DNA from: Octopus sinensis
Taxonomy: Eukaryota
Length of the DNA: 64,000 bases
Direction: 5' to 3'
NCBI RefSeq assembly: GCF_006345805.1
Contig: NC_043004.1
Coordinates: 63,054,001-63,118,000 of the forward strand
Below, piece after piece: positions 42,863 through 55,481 of this stretch (its first letter is position 1; every line of letters begins with the position of its first letter). Made by a program: the position numbers and the translations under genes. The notes beneath the pieces were generated by a model, which saw only the letters and a program-made list of their open reading frames with translations, had not been told where the DNA came from and did no database searches.

Positions 42863-44323
42863 TTAGAATATTCGTAACTAGATAGATAGAAAGATAGATA
42901 TAACTTGATTTTTACTAGTATAGCACTGCTTTAAGTAGATAACTAAGAGTTCTCACGCTACAGTTATCTTTTTCCTGATATCTGCATCAGTTTTTTGAGA
43001 ACAGGGAAATGAATAGTACTTATACGCTGCTTAATTGAGGCTTTATTTAATTTCAAACTCATAATTTTAAATCTTAATTTTAAATCTTAATTGTAATTTT
43101 TAATTTTAATTCTTAACTTAATCTAATTTAAGTAGCATAACTTTAATAAAATAAAATGAGTTACTAAAGCCCCATAATTCTATTTCAAAATTAAATAAAT
43201 AAGGCTACTCCCTCGGTGATAATATGATTATCTTCATTATGATAGACAATTCCCTAACACCTTGTAAATGATCTTCTAAGATTTGACCTGCAGTCCGTCA
43301 ATGTATGAATAATAACGGCAACTCCTTAAGACATTAAAATGAATAAATGAAATAAATAAATTTTAATGACTTTTTGATAAGATTATACTTAGATTTTCCT
43401 AATGTATTTTCTTTTGATTTTAGCCTCTGACTCCTAAACCCCTGACCGTGTTATCTCTTTAGATTCTCTTTAAATTCATAGCTGATTTCAACAGCAATAA
43501 ATTAGCTGTTTTACTGGTCAAAGAATAATATTCTCCTCTAGTTCCTAGATGCCTGTAAATTAAAACCAGACTTGCCGTCTACTAATTCTTCTGTATAACT
43601 AGAACCCTATTTTTTTCTTTTTCTTTTTTTTCCCTTCTTTCCCTATTTCTTTCTCTTTTCTCTTTTTTCTTTTTCTTCTTCTTATTCTCTCTTTCCTTTT
43701 CTCTTCTCTTTTAGTCCCCCCCCTTTTTGCTCCCTCCTCCTTTATTTTCTCTCTTTTCTTCTCTTCCCTCCCCTTTTCTGTTCTTTGCATCTCTAGAAAG
43801 CCCTTTAGCCTTTAAAAGTTAAATAGCTACAGCCTCTTGTAAATAGCAGTAATGTGATTAATGTGGCAAATACCTAATCATATAACAAGAATTGATACCT
43901 ACCTCATTGTGTTCAACCATTGATAAATTTATCGCCTGTGAATATGAAATTCCTCTTCATTTCTCTGGAAATTTACATCTACACCATTGGAAATTGTGCA
44001 TCTATACAAAGGATTAATTCACCCTCTCTGTAATGCTAATAAGCAGGAATTGAGACCCACCTCGTTGTGATTAACAATGGATAAATTTGTCGTCTGTGAG
44101 TATGTAATCCCTCCTCATATCTCTGGAAATTCATATGTGCACTATGGATTAGGTCACCTTCTCTGTGATGCTATTAAAACTTTTTTAAAATTCTGTGATA
44201 AGACTGTAAATCATCTTTAAAGAACTTTAATGAACTTTGGAAATCTGTTTATGTTACTTAATTATCTACATTACTTCATGAGTATAGCCTCAACCACTAG
44301 GATGTCTAGAGAACTCACATGTA

Positions 44324-44414
44324 TTTTAGCTGATGAGTACGGGACACGTTTATATGCTGTAATTTTTGCAACATTTAATAAAGCCTGTCCTTGTATGAAA
44401 CGATTGTACTAAAA
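44324..44414 (+). ncRNA. Type I hammerhead ribozyme (mirror copy at 41139-41229 on minus)
   Basis: Stem I uuuuag/cuaaaa, CUGAUGA at 44330-44336, long stem II (GUACGGGACA / UGUCCUUGUAU with one bulge), GAAA at 44397-44400, short stem III, GUA triplet at 44406-44408. Confidence 0.8.
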
Positions 44415-44563
44415 ACCTATCCATTCTTGTTGCTTCTTTCTCGCTTATAATCACCCCACATTACTGTATTGTTAAAACAGTATAGTTTTTTTTGGTGCAT
44501 CTAAGTTAGGTACCATATTCAAGTAAATTCATTTAAATTAACTTGAATCTTTATTGCTTTTTG

Positions 44564-44839
<276 letters not shown>

Positions 44840-44921
44840 ATATAATATTTTACTATAAAATTGGATTTAATCCTAAATCTGATTTTTCCCTGTAAATTTG
44901 GATTTATTCCCTAATATTTAT

Positions 44922-44957
<36 letters not shown>

Positions 44958-45015
44958 AATATATATATATATGTGTGTGTGTGTGTGTATGTATATATGT
45001 ATGTGTGTGTGTGTA

Positions 45016-45046
<31 letters not shown>

Positions 45047-45048
<2 letters not shown>

Positions 45049-45263
45049 ACATAGGGTGTTCAAAGAGTCACCTCGCATTAAGTATTTTACTGCAAAATAC
45101 ATACCTGTAATATGGTATGAGACTACAAAAGTATATATTAGACTTAATGTGTTGGAAGTGTCGTCCTTAATTTTCAATACATAAAATGTTATGTCTTTTA
45201 TACTGCTGTGTGAGCACTCCTAGGCTGAATTCACTGCCGATAGACCTTTTGGACACCCTGTAT
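45047..45263. mobile_element. Tc1/mariner-type MITE
   Basis: Imperfect TIRs ...agggtgttcaaagagtc / gacc ttttggacaccctgtata, with TA ends. Confidence 0.45.
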
Positions 45264-45536
45264 ATCCACCTGTACGTATAAGTCTGGTATATATTATAGA
45301 ATAGACACTAGACTTTAAATATAAGTACTGGTATTCTAATCCAGACTTTTATCTATTTTGAAAAAAAACTTAAGTTTATGCATGTCTTCTTAAAAAGAAA
45401 GAAATAATCGGATGTCATTTGTTTTTAGTTAAACCGCGTAGGGTTTTCATTTAAATGCTTCATGTAACATCATCTCATATACACATAATTTATTTTGGCC
45501 TTGACAAATTAAAATTTTTTATCTTCTCATTTGCAG

Positions 45537-45633
45537 GGTTCATAAAATATTACAGAATTCTGAATGGTTTGCAAAGGCGTTTCAGTGTCCCAAAGGTGCC
45601 AGCATGAACCCACAGCCTAAAGTCGAATTATGA
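45537..45633 (+). CDS. M13 gene 1 last coding exon (VHKILQNSEWFAKAFQCPKGASMNPQPKVEL*)
   Basis: Acceptor tttatcttctcatttgcag, phase 2. LQNS..F..AF.C.....MNP is the M13 C-terminal signature. TGA at 45631-45633. Confidence 0.92.
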
Positions 45634-46731
45634 ATGTGATACGAAAAACAATATTTTATGACTTGCTTTGAACAAGAGATTATTTAACAAATCTACTACA
45701 CCAAAGTAATGATAAAAACACCGGGCAACGTTACAGTGGGTACCTTTTACAAATGCGTCAACTAAATATTTAAAATATGGTTTAAAAGCTGGATGCCTAA
45801 AGAATACTGAGGGACAATAACAACAGCATTATATGCATAATAAGCGTTTGAATGTTGTGGAAAGAGAAACTCATCCTAGCTGGAGGAGTGACAGAACGAC
45901 AAATGAGGAATCACGCTTGAAGTTTTCAAGTATGAATTGTTGATTGTGCGTGAAAGGGAAGAATGTTTGCTGCCAGATACTTTAGTCATTCACAGTTGAC
46001 ATTTTTATTTTTGGTTAATGAACAACTCACATTTGCTTCCCCGTCTCCTAGCTATGATGCTTAATTTTCCCGCCCTTAACTATGATGCTTAATTTTATAT
46101 GGGGGTTGTTTACAATCATTTCTTCAAATGCCCATAACATACTAAATAAAGATGTATTCTCTGAATAAACTTATAGAATAGGCATCATTGTAAAAAAGTA
46201 ATGACTTCCTTACTTTTATTTGAAAGGGCAATATCAGTATTATAAGTAAAAACACACATCTTTATCAGTATTATAAGTTAAAACACACATGATTTTTATG
46301 CAACATAGTATGGACACATAAAGAGAGGAAGCTTATCGAACCCTCATATAAGCATCAAACTAAAGCCTGCTAACATAGAGGGAACGGCTAGCAATTGCGA
46401 GCTCTGCTTTACTGAAAAGCTAATTATCATAATATCAACAGTGGTTATCTTGAATATCACGTAGGACACCTTCTCTTTTGGAAAGCACGATATATATTTT
46501 GTCATATTTACTTCGACTTTCAACTTTTCTACCCTCCAACTTGAATAACTTGCGTGGTGAGGCGTAAAGCCAAACTCTTGTTATAATTATGTACATAATT
46601 ATAAGATATTATAAAACGTGCCCATAATATGTATATATTTATAAAATGTACACACGTTTTTTTTTTTTTCCACCCCGACCACCTAGTAAAATTATTAGTG
46701 ATTTTATTCTATATTTGATATATATACATAC

Positions 46732-47069
<338 letters not shown>

Positions 47070-47141
47070 GATAAATTTCCTCTATTTACATAATATTGAG
47101 GTCTCTTTCTTTCTTTTGTTATCTTACCGTTTTACCAATAT

Positions 47142-47210
<69 letters not shown>

Positions 47211-47260
47211 GAGAGAGACAGACAGACAGACATACAGATCAATGAGAGATTGATAGATTG

Positions 47261-47313
<53 letters not shown>

Positions 47314-48949
47314 TATACATACACTCACATATATTTGTATATCCATACATACACGCACACACAAACACACACACCCATATACAAATATGTATGTATAGTT
47401 ACATATACATGTACTTTTTTATTTTACGTACTAGATTTCAGTTATATCGTTTACCTGAGTACAAATTTCGACAATGTAGACATTGCTTTTCATCCATCAG
47501 GGCCAGTAGAATAATACCAGTTGAGCAGTGTGATTCATGTTATAGACTAGCCTCAAACTGAAAATTTCAGGCATTCTGCCTAATATAGAAGGGTTTAGTT
47601 GAGATAGAGAACGTGGTGAAGTGGCAGTATCGTTAGCACGCTGGAGAAAGATTCCTCACAGTATTTGTTCCAGCCGTACATTCTGAGATGATTTTCCCCC
47701 GATGTCGATTGTCCCTTTTATTATTTCAGGGTCATCAAAATAAATGCCAGTTAAGCACAGTTAAGCACTTCTCAACAATGTTAGGCTTGTGTCTGTAGTA
47801 GAAACACTCATTTTAGAGAGGAAAAGTGGTGAGCTAACATACTTATTATGACGATAATCTAATGCCCATACCAAGTAATTGGGTCGATGTAATCGGCTTA
47901 CACTCTCTCCTCAGAAATGCCGTCCTTCAGACTTTGAAAAAAAAAATTAATAATACATTTCACTCATTCGCACGAGTCGATGTTGTAGCCGAAGTATTCT
48001 GAAATAGAGCAGGTATACATCTATACACAGGAAACGAAGTTCAAGACCATGTTTGCAAATTTGATTTTGTCAAGTTTGAAGTTCAGTACGAAATTGCTAT
48101 TAAGCGGCAAGGGGCACGAAGTAATTCGTAGGAGACACGTACTAAGGAATATATATTTCTTGCTTATGTCATTTGTTGAAAGATCATCAAGTGATACACT
48201 GCACAAATAAACTGTTCAGCCGCATTTCTAAGTTAAGGTATAAACTTCGTTTCATTCGTCATCCTTATTTATGAAATTCTGTGTAAGTAATTGCTTTATT
48301 TCTATGACCCAACACACTGTTCACCTAATATTTAATTGATTCTAAAAAGAGGACACACGAGTGAATGTCTGCGAAAATGAAACAATTGAAGAAGTAGTTG
48401 AATATTATGGTTTATTTATTTATAACTATACGTAATATATATTCCAGTGTATCGATATTTCGATGTACTCAGTTTATATTACAATTTAATATTTTATTAT
48501 GAGATTGAATATAACAGTAATTCGAGATAAAATAAAACAGTTTTAATGTCCTTTGTTAGGAACTCCATATTTTTAGTGACTGCGATATTATAAGTTCATT
48601 TATTCTTATTAATTGTTTTTGTTATTTTTGTATTCTTTCTAAACATATAACCTAATTGTCTGAAATAATTGAAATTTACACACAACAATGTAAATTGTAA
48701 TACATTTTGACTCAACAAAGTAAAATGTTTCTTATTTTTAATCTTAATAAATTCTCAAATATTTTTCTACAATTGTCTTTAAAATCAATTTAGTAGTGTT
48801 GAATACATAATCATTTAAACACACACACGCGCGCGCGCGCATATTTTTACCTTTTTTACTCGTTTCAGGCATGCAACTGGATCCGTGCTGGTGCATCACC
48901 GAGGAATATACATCCGAAATATGAGAAAAAGTATTAAACATTCCAAAGA

Positions 48950-51010
48950 GTTCTAGTATGACTTAACAATTAAAAAGAGTTAGATTACCTCATGAATTTC
49001 AAAGTGAAACCCAGTAACTTCTATCGACTTTCTAAACTCCACACATCCAAACAGAACATCTACAGCTTAGAAGCCCTCCATATTCCATATATAAATATTC
49101 TCAAACAAATTTATCTCGAATTGCATCTGATTGCTGTTGAACCAACACCCAGCCCACAAGTTTAAGCAAATTACTTGACAAATTTTAAAACATTTATTCA
49201 GATTAGTTCCCAGTTTCATCAGAGATTACATGGACTTCTTAAATCATATACAGAACGGGTAGATAAAGAGATAGTACTAGTTAGCTTTCGTGTAGCTAGT
49301 TTCTACAAAATTCCTCATATATATACAGATTAGAAGCAGTAGATTTTTCAATAAACATACACCTACAGATAAAGAAGGATAGATTCCCAAAATAATTTGT
49401 ATTTGAAGATTTACAGATACAACTAGAAAACAACTACTTCGCCTTTGATACTCAATATTATGTACAAATACAAGACACTACAATCGAGACGAAAGTCGCA
49501 CCAACATTTACCACACTTGTAATGGGATACTTTGAAGAAAAATCTACACACTATCTAGAACTCCTTTTGAGTGCCATTTCAAACCTACCTTAGAAGATTG
49601 CTTCATATTTTGAAACCGAATTAAGGCGGACCTTAATAAATTTCTTAAATTAATAAATAACATTCGTCTCTCAACAACACAATTAACTATGGAAATAAAT
49701 GAAAATGAACTCCCCTCTCTGGGTATTCTGATTATTAAATGAAATGAGACAGTTACACTTGACCTCTAGTGCAAAAACTTAGACACACACCAATATTTAG
49801 GTGTTAGATATTTCCACCCTTCCCGTAGAAAGAGGAACATACAATTTGAGCATATGCAATATGCATATCTCAATAGTCACAATACTATCAGACGAGAGAA
49901 ACTACCAGCAGAACAATATATTCCTTCAGAAACTAAAACACCTCAACAAGTTAATTCAACATTCCATAACAAAAGCAAACACAGTCCTGATTTCTACCTT
50001 GCGGATAAACACACAGGCTACGCGAGAAAACAAAAATAACAATACAAATATTCTTTTTGTAATCACCCATAGCCATAGAAAATACAACATCCTGCACTCA
50101 GCTGAATGATACCTTCCAATTCTACCCCAATCTTCAAATCCCCAACGAATGATTTAAAAAAAAAGCTCACAAATTATTCGAAGTCAGCAACCTAACCTCA
50201 AAATACTCCAAACAGAAGCAAAATCCATATTTAAAAGAGAATTGATACACGGAACTAACTATGGCGACCCAGGTTGTAGATTATATGAATTATTTGAGCA
50301 AAGGAGTGGCTGTGTGGTAAGTAGCTTGCTAACCAACCACATGGTTCCGGGTTCTGTCCCACTGCGCGGCATCTTGGGCAAGTGTCTTCTGCTATAGCCC
50401 CGGGCCGACCAATGCCTTGTGAGTGGATTTGGTAGACGGAAACTGAAAGAAGCCCGTCGTATATATATATATATGTGTGCGTGTTTGTGTGTCTGTGTCT
50501 GTCCCCCTAGCATTGCTTGACAACCGATGCTGGTATGTTTATGTCCCCGTTACTTAGCGGTTCGGCAAAAGAGACCGATAGAATAAGTACTGGGCTTACA
50601 AAAGAATAAGTCCCGGGGTCGAGTTGCTCGATTAAAGGCGGTGCTCCAGCATGGCCGCAGTCAAAAGACTGAAACAAGTAAAAGAGTAAAGAGAGATTAA
50701 AGGACAAACAAAAGATTCAAGAATGGGAAGGAATTAAAAGTGGATGCAAACATGAATTGCAAAAGCTCACAATGCAATGAAAACTACATTGAGGAGACAG
50801 GAGGGAAACTGAGCAGTTATGTAAATGTGCATAAAAAACATATTAAGGATTCATCTCTCAGTAGTGTCCGCTGCAGGGAACATTTAGATATCTACACAAA
50901 TGGAAGATTTGAAATATTCCCATTTTACAAAATAAACGATGAAAATGTTCGACTAAGAAAGGCAAACGAAGAATATTTATAAGAATTCTAGATCCCAAAT
51001 TAAACCGAAA
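48950..51010 (+). mobile_element. Degraded Penelope-like RT plus GIY-YIG, split by a SINE
   Basis: RT motifs (IRDYMDFLN, LENNYF.FD..YYVQ..TT..TKVAPT) at about 49200-49530; CKSSQCNENYIEETG GIY-YIG relic at about 50755. Confidence 0.7.
50301..50697 (+). mobile_element. SINE family 2, full length
   Basis: tRNA-like head, internal (TA)n/(TG)n, aagagt-type tail; homologous to 12260-12690. Confidence 0.85.
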
Positions 51011-51751
51011 ATAGCCAACACTCCATATAATAACAATGGTAACAGAAAATTTATGACTAAATATGAAAGACAAAGGAAGACTAATTCATGAAATCGTAAG
51101 TTACAAAGAATAATTCATAAAGATGTAACCCTAAGTCCGAAAATAAACTGGAAACAAATTTAATCGAATTTGTGAGAAACCCATCTTATACGCACACGTA
51201 GAGACTCACACATATCATGTGTACTTTTTGTATGTGTCTGTTAGTATGTATGCCTACATATCTGCACGGCTGTGCTTCTTTTTATTTTAGCTTTATTTTA
51301 GTGTGGTAAATGTTGGTGTCGGGTTCTGTACCGTTTTGAGAGAGGGATCGATGGGAAAAGTTACAAATACAAAGGTTATTATGGAGTTCGGAACTTATAA
51401 GAAAAGGTCATAAAAATGTGTATATGAATATTTAAATGGCCTTTCGCGAATAGATTATTCAATCAAATAACTTAAAGTAGGAAAATATAAAAGAATAACA
51501 AATAGAAACTTCTAAACACATGTAGCGAGCATTGATTTGCGAAGCATGTACACTTAATATGTACATCCTTATATGAGTATAATGTCATTCTCCCTATATT
51601 TCATAATCTTCTGAACATTTCGAAGGGTATATATACGTATAAGAGTGCAAAACCTCTGCTTATATATACACACAACCATATTCACGCAAGCCTATAACAG
51701 ATGTACAATGGTTTTCAACAACCTACAGGCTTCTCTTATTCAATATTTTTA

Positions 51752-51857
51752 TTAGTTATCCCACAGATTGCTTTTACGTCGTTGATTCATTTTAGAATCT
51801 TTCTGACAACCGAATGCTTCGGAAAAATCTTTCGAATTCTGCAGAGGAATTTGAACC
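51752..51857 (-). CDS. M13 gene 2 last coding exon (VQIPLQNSKDFSEAFGCQKDSKMNQRRKSNLWDN*)
   Basis: Minus-strand acceptor ttttatattctttattcattccag, phase 2. M13 C-terminal signature including the terminal Trp. An AATAAA overlaps the TAA stop. Confidence 0.9.
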
Positions 51858-52644
51858 CTGGAATGAATAAAGAATATAAAATTAGAAAATATTTTAGAAC
51901 ATAGAAAATGAAAATATACTGCGTTCACGCTCGTAAAGGAATAATAGTGATGATATCTTTTTAAGGGACACGAGTAATTCCGTTTAGAATATTTTAACCA
52001 TAATTAACAGCAGCTTTAAAATGATCTAAAACAATGCAATCATCTTGTCAGGGTGAAAAAACATCAATAAGTCATTTTAACAGAATGTGATTATCGCTGT
52101 TATTCATATAAGCGGTAGTTTTTTATTGATGTATTTTGTTTCTTTTTTACACTGATGAGATGATTGCATTGTTTACATCATTTTATTCATCAACATGTAA
52201 AAGAAATACATATATAAGCACGGAAGGTAAAAAATATATATGCACATATAAAAATACAAAAGGTATAGAAGGGCCTGTCAAGAAAAAAGTATATAGAAAT
52301 CGAATAAACTGGGTGATGAAAATGAATTGCTAAAAATTATCAATCAGTTAAAAAATGTGGCCCTCGATTAAAAATATATCAACATAGTTCGTTTTTTTCT
52401 TTAAAGGAATCATATATAGAAGTGCCCGACGAATGGGAGCTTGAAACTCGGTGTAAGAGTTTTGCAGCTTTATAAAAAGAAGACCATATATATATGTATA
52501 TATATGTATAGAAATTAAATATGAAATATAAATTACAAAGTGGGGCAAGAACGCAAAAACCAACGTACACCTATCTCCTATATATATATATTAATCAAAA
52601 TAAAAACATGATGCCAAGGATTCATGTTTTTATTTTGTTTTTAT

Positions 52645-52847
52645 TTTGATTAATTTACTCCACCACCTACACCTTTGATTAATTTACTCCACCACCTACA
52701 CCTTTGATTAATTTACTCCACCACCTACACCTTTGATTAATTTACTCCACCACCTACACCTTTGATTAATTTACTCCACCACCTACACCTTTGATTAATT
52801 TACTCCACCACCTACACCTTTGATTAATTTACTCCACCACCTACACC
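52645..52847. repeat. Minisatellite: 7 perfect copies of 29 bp (tttgattaatttactccaccacctacacc)
   Basis: Counted directly; no spacers. Confidence 0.95.
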
Positions 52848-52898
52848 ACCAAACGGTATATACAGGTGCTTGCAATTATCAAGTACTCACCCTGAATT

Positions 52899-52937
<39 letters not shown>

Positions 52938-53084
52938 GAATGTATGTATATTAGAGAGAGAGATAGAGAAACAGACAAAGAGAAAAAGAATGAGAGCGCA
53001 AAAAATCTAGATCTTCAATGGTTCCACACACGAACAAAGCATTTAAATGACAAGTAGAAAGTATTTGAAATGAATTCCATTTAC

Positions 53085-53161
53085 CTTGCTTCCATCGGAG
53101 TGTGTACAGCATGAAGTAAGTAATATTCTTTTTCTTCAGGATTTTCAGTTGAACATCGCGA
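53085..53161 (-). CDS. M13 gene 2 exon (SRCSTENPEEKEYYLLHAVHTPMEA-R)
   Basis: Acceptor ttttaatttttgtag, donor gtaaat, 77 nt, phase 0 to 2. Splices in frame to the 51752-51857 exon. C...VH.P...R motif intact. Confidence 0.88.
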
Positions 53162-53407
53162 CTACAAAAATTAAAATAGTGAAAAGCAAAAGATCGTGAA
53201 AGTGATTAATCCAATATGGTTGTTGCAAGAACCTAACATACGGCCACTCTAGACTGCAATATCTTATTAGTCCAGTTATATCAGTGGAGAAAGACGTGAA
53301 ATTTTTGATTAGCCGAAAATGGTCTTACGTTCACACATTCACATACACAAATTCAGTTCATCGTATCAGCTGGGACCTTCGTCCTCGTAACCGAGGGAGT
53401 AGTCTTA

Positions 53408-53443
<36 letters not shown>

Positions 53444-53444
53444 T

Positions 53445-53489
<45 letters not shown>

Positions 53490-53491
<2 letters not shown>

Positions 53492-54221
53492 TAATCAATA
53501 TAAGCTTAGAAAAAGATTGAAGAAAAATTTTTCGCCACCAGCGGTCTAGTGAGAAAGAAAAATAGTCACACACTATATATATATAATTTCAACAATATTA
53601 AGCAATGGCCCTGATACGCCATTCGACCCACTAGAAAGAGCAGCCAAACTCAAACCGCTAAATAGTTGTAATTCTGAAATCAAAGGAGAAATAAAAACAT
53701 TTACCCTTTCTAGTGGGTCGAATGGCCTATCAGGGCCATTCCTTAATATTGTTGAAATTATATATATATAGTCTGTGACTATTTTTCTTTCTCACTAGAC
53801 CCCTGGTGGCGAAATATTTGTCTTGAATTTTTTGTTGCCCTTATATTGATGAATTAATGATGTTTTGGCTAATTTTGAAATTATACCAGCAGTTTATATT
53901 TGCTACTGAGAAGATGGCGTGGTGACGGTGGACTTTGAAAATTTAGAGTATATAGACTCGACGCGTCACTGGTGTCGCCTCGTGGATATATATTTTCCTT
54001 GGCTTCTTTGCTGACGAGAAAGGCCAGATGTAAACAAATTTAATTTAAATTAAGTAAATTGGTTTACCAAAGTGTCGAAACTATGCATAGTCCAAAGATG
54101 ATAAGGGTAAATGTTTTTATTTCTCCTTTGATTTCAGAATTACAACTATTTAGCGGTTTGAGTTTGGCTGCTCTTTCTAGTGGGTCGAATGGCCTATCAG
54201 GGCCATTCCTTAATATTGTTG

Positions 54222-54230
<9 letters not shown>
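53490..54230 (+). mobile_element. Non-coding Penelope-like/retrozyme-like element with inverted and direct terminal copies
   Basis: About 53490-53638 is inverted against about 53706-53860, and 54103-54226 is the reverse complement of about 53585-53708. A hammerhead lies between the direct copies. Confidence 0.7.
54005..54098 (+). ncRNA. Type I hammerhead ribozyme, canonical core
   Basis: Stem I ucuuug/caaaga, CUGACGA at 54011-54017, G-C closing pair of stem II, GAAA at 54077-54080, palindromic stem III ACUAUGCAUAGU, GUC triplet with C at 54092. Confidence 0.85.
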
Positions 54231-54252
<22 letters not shown>

Positions 54253-54313
54253 CATATATACGTATATGAATGTATATATATCTATATCTATGTTGAAGTA
54301 TTCTTGAGCATAC

Positions 54314-54386
54314 CTAAAGTCTGTAGTTCTAAACGTTTTTGCTTCAAACGAATGCTATTTGTGAAAACATTATCAGTGACCGTTAG
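54314..54386 (-). pseudogene. M13 gene 2 exon, 3'-damaged (LTVTDNVFTNSIRLKQKRLELQTL-GMLKN)
   Basis: Good acceptor tttatatttcag. Colinear with the gene 1 exon at 5282 (11 identities in 27 codons, continuing past the only available donor gtatgc). That donor is phase 1, and no phase-2 donor exists at the expected position. Confidence 0.7.
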
Positions 54387-54807
54387 CTGAAATATAAATA
54401 TTTATTCATGTTTAGCAAAATTAATATAAACTATAAAGCAGCAGGAGCTGTTAAGCAAATTTAAGAATGCGCGGCATTTAATTCAAGAATATTTATTCGT
54501 ATTTAAGCTGTTACAGAAAGGATATACGTATTCCACCATTTAAATAAATGAAGCTTCACATTGAATGTTTTTCTCAATTTTCAAAAATCACGAAACACAT
54601 ATATGGACATTTTATATAATTTATAAACTATATACAGATTCCTCCTCTAGGAGTAATCAGAATATTTTCAACGCTTTATATATAAATAACAACTATAAAT
54701 TTTAGATTCTTATGAAACATCAGAGAGAATGACCAAATTTTATAAAGGAAATATTCGGCGCATATTTTCTATAGTGAAAAATATACGAGGAAATAAAAAA
54801 AAATTAT

Positions 54808-54885
54808 ATTTGCATAATTTCTAATGAAGTCATCTTTCTTATCATCTGAAAGTTGTGAACCTATAACGATTCTCCTGCTCAGTTT
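54808..54885 (-). pseudogene. Possible decayed M13 gene 2 exon (KLSRRIVIGSQLSDDKKDDFIRNYAN), equivalent of the IGYP exon
   Basis: Correct order between two better exons, and IG...NY.N spacing. Both flanks are non-canonical (tttttcgg instead of cag; ataatt instead of gtaatt). Could be a chance match. Confidence 0.35.
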
Positions 54886-55039
54886 CCGAAAAATGAAATT
54901 TCACACAAATTATTATGCGGCGAGAAAATATATAAGAGAACGAAAGAAAAAGAAAAAATACATACACACACATATACATACATTGTCGGAAAAATTTGCA
55001 TAAAGGCATGCAAGAATGCATTACCTGATGCATAATATT

Positions 55040-55395
55040 TGTCAGCGTTTAAGTAACGTTCGTTTGTGTGTATGGATGTATACATCTATATTGGCACTCC
55101 ATTTGTTACAACGATAACGGTCCCAGTTGATCCGATCAACGTAACGGCCCGCTCCTGAAATTAACGTGCAAGTGGCTGAGTACTCCACAGACACGCTTAC
55201 TCCTAAAGAAGTTTCGGCGTAACATAGAATGTGACGAGGCCGGTCCTTTGACATACAGGGTGACCCCTTTGATATATAGTTACAGCTCATTTTTGCCCGC
55301 TGAATGGACCGCAGCAACGCGCCACCGGGAATCGAACTGTCGACAATAGAATCGTGTGATGATTACCCTAGCCACTAAACCACGTGCCTTCCCAT
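55040..55395 (-). mobile_element. Degraded SINE (tRNA-like head plus tail type B)
   Basis: Tail homologous to 23033-23170; GTTCGATTCC B-box near 55330. Confidence 0.6.
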
Positions 55396-55443
55396 ACCTC
55401 TATATCCCTACATATAAGTTTTTGTTGCAGTACATATGTATTC

Positions 55444-55481
<38 letters not shown>

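Larger units (their letters stand above)
41109..44444 (+). mobile_element. 5'-truncated Penelope-like element with 631-bp inverted terminal arms
   Basis: 41109-41739 is the reverse complement of 43814-44444 (at least 2 mismatches seen). It encloses a GIY-YIG reading frame, and the arms carry a hammerhead. Confidence 0.9.

Noticed and set aside
41141-44412. Two identical 60-aa ORFs (MNFGNLF...) on opposite strands
   Set aside because: A consequence of the inverted arms; they overlap the hammerhead and show no protein features.
47455-47579. Minus-strand phase 1-to-0 exon-like segment starting GR
   Set aside because: In-frame stop, no M13 similarity beyond two residues, and it lies downstream of the gene 2 stop.
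52645-52847. CRISPR-like appearance of the 29-bp repeats
   Set aside because: Head-to-tail with no spacers, in eukaryotic context.
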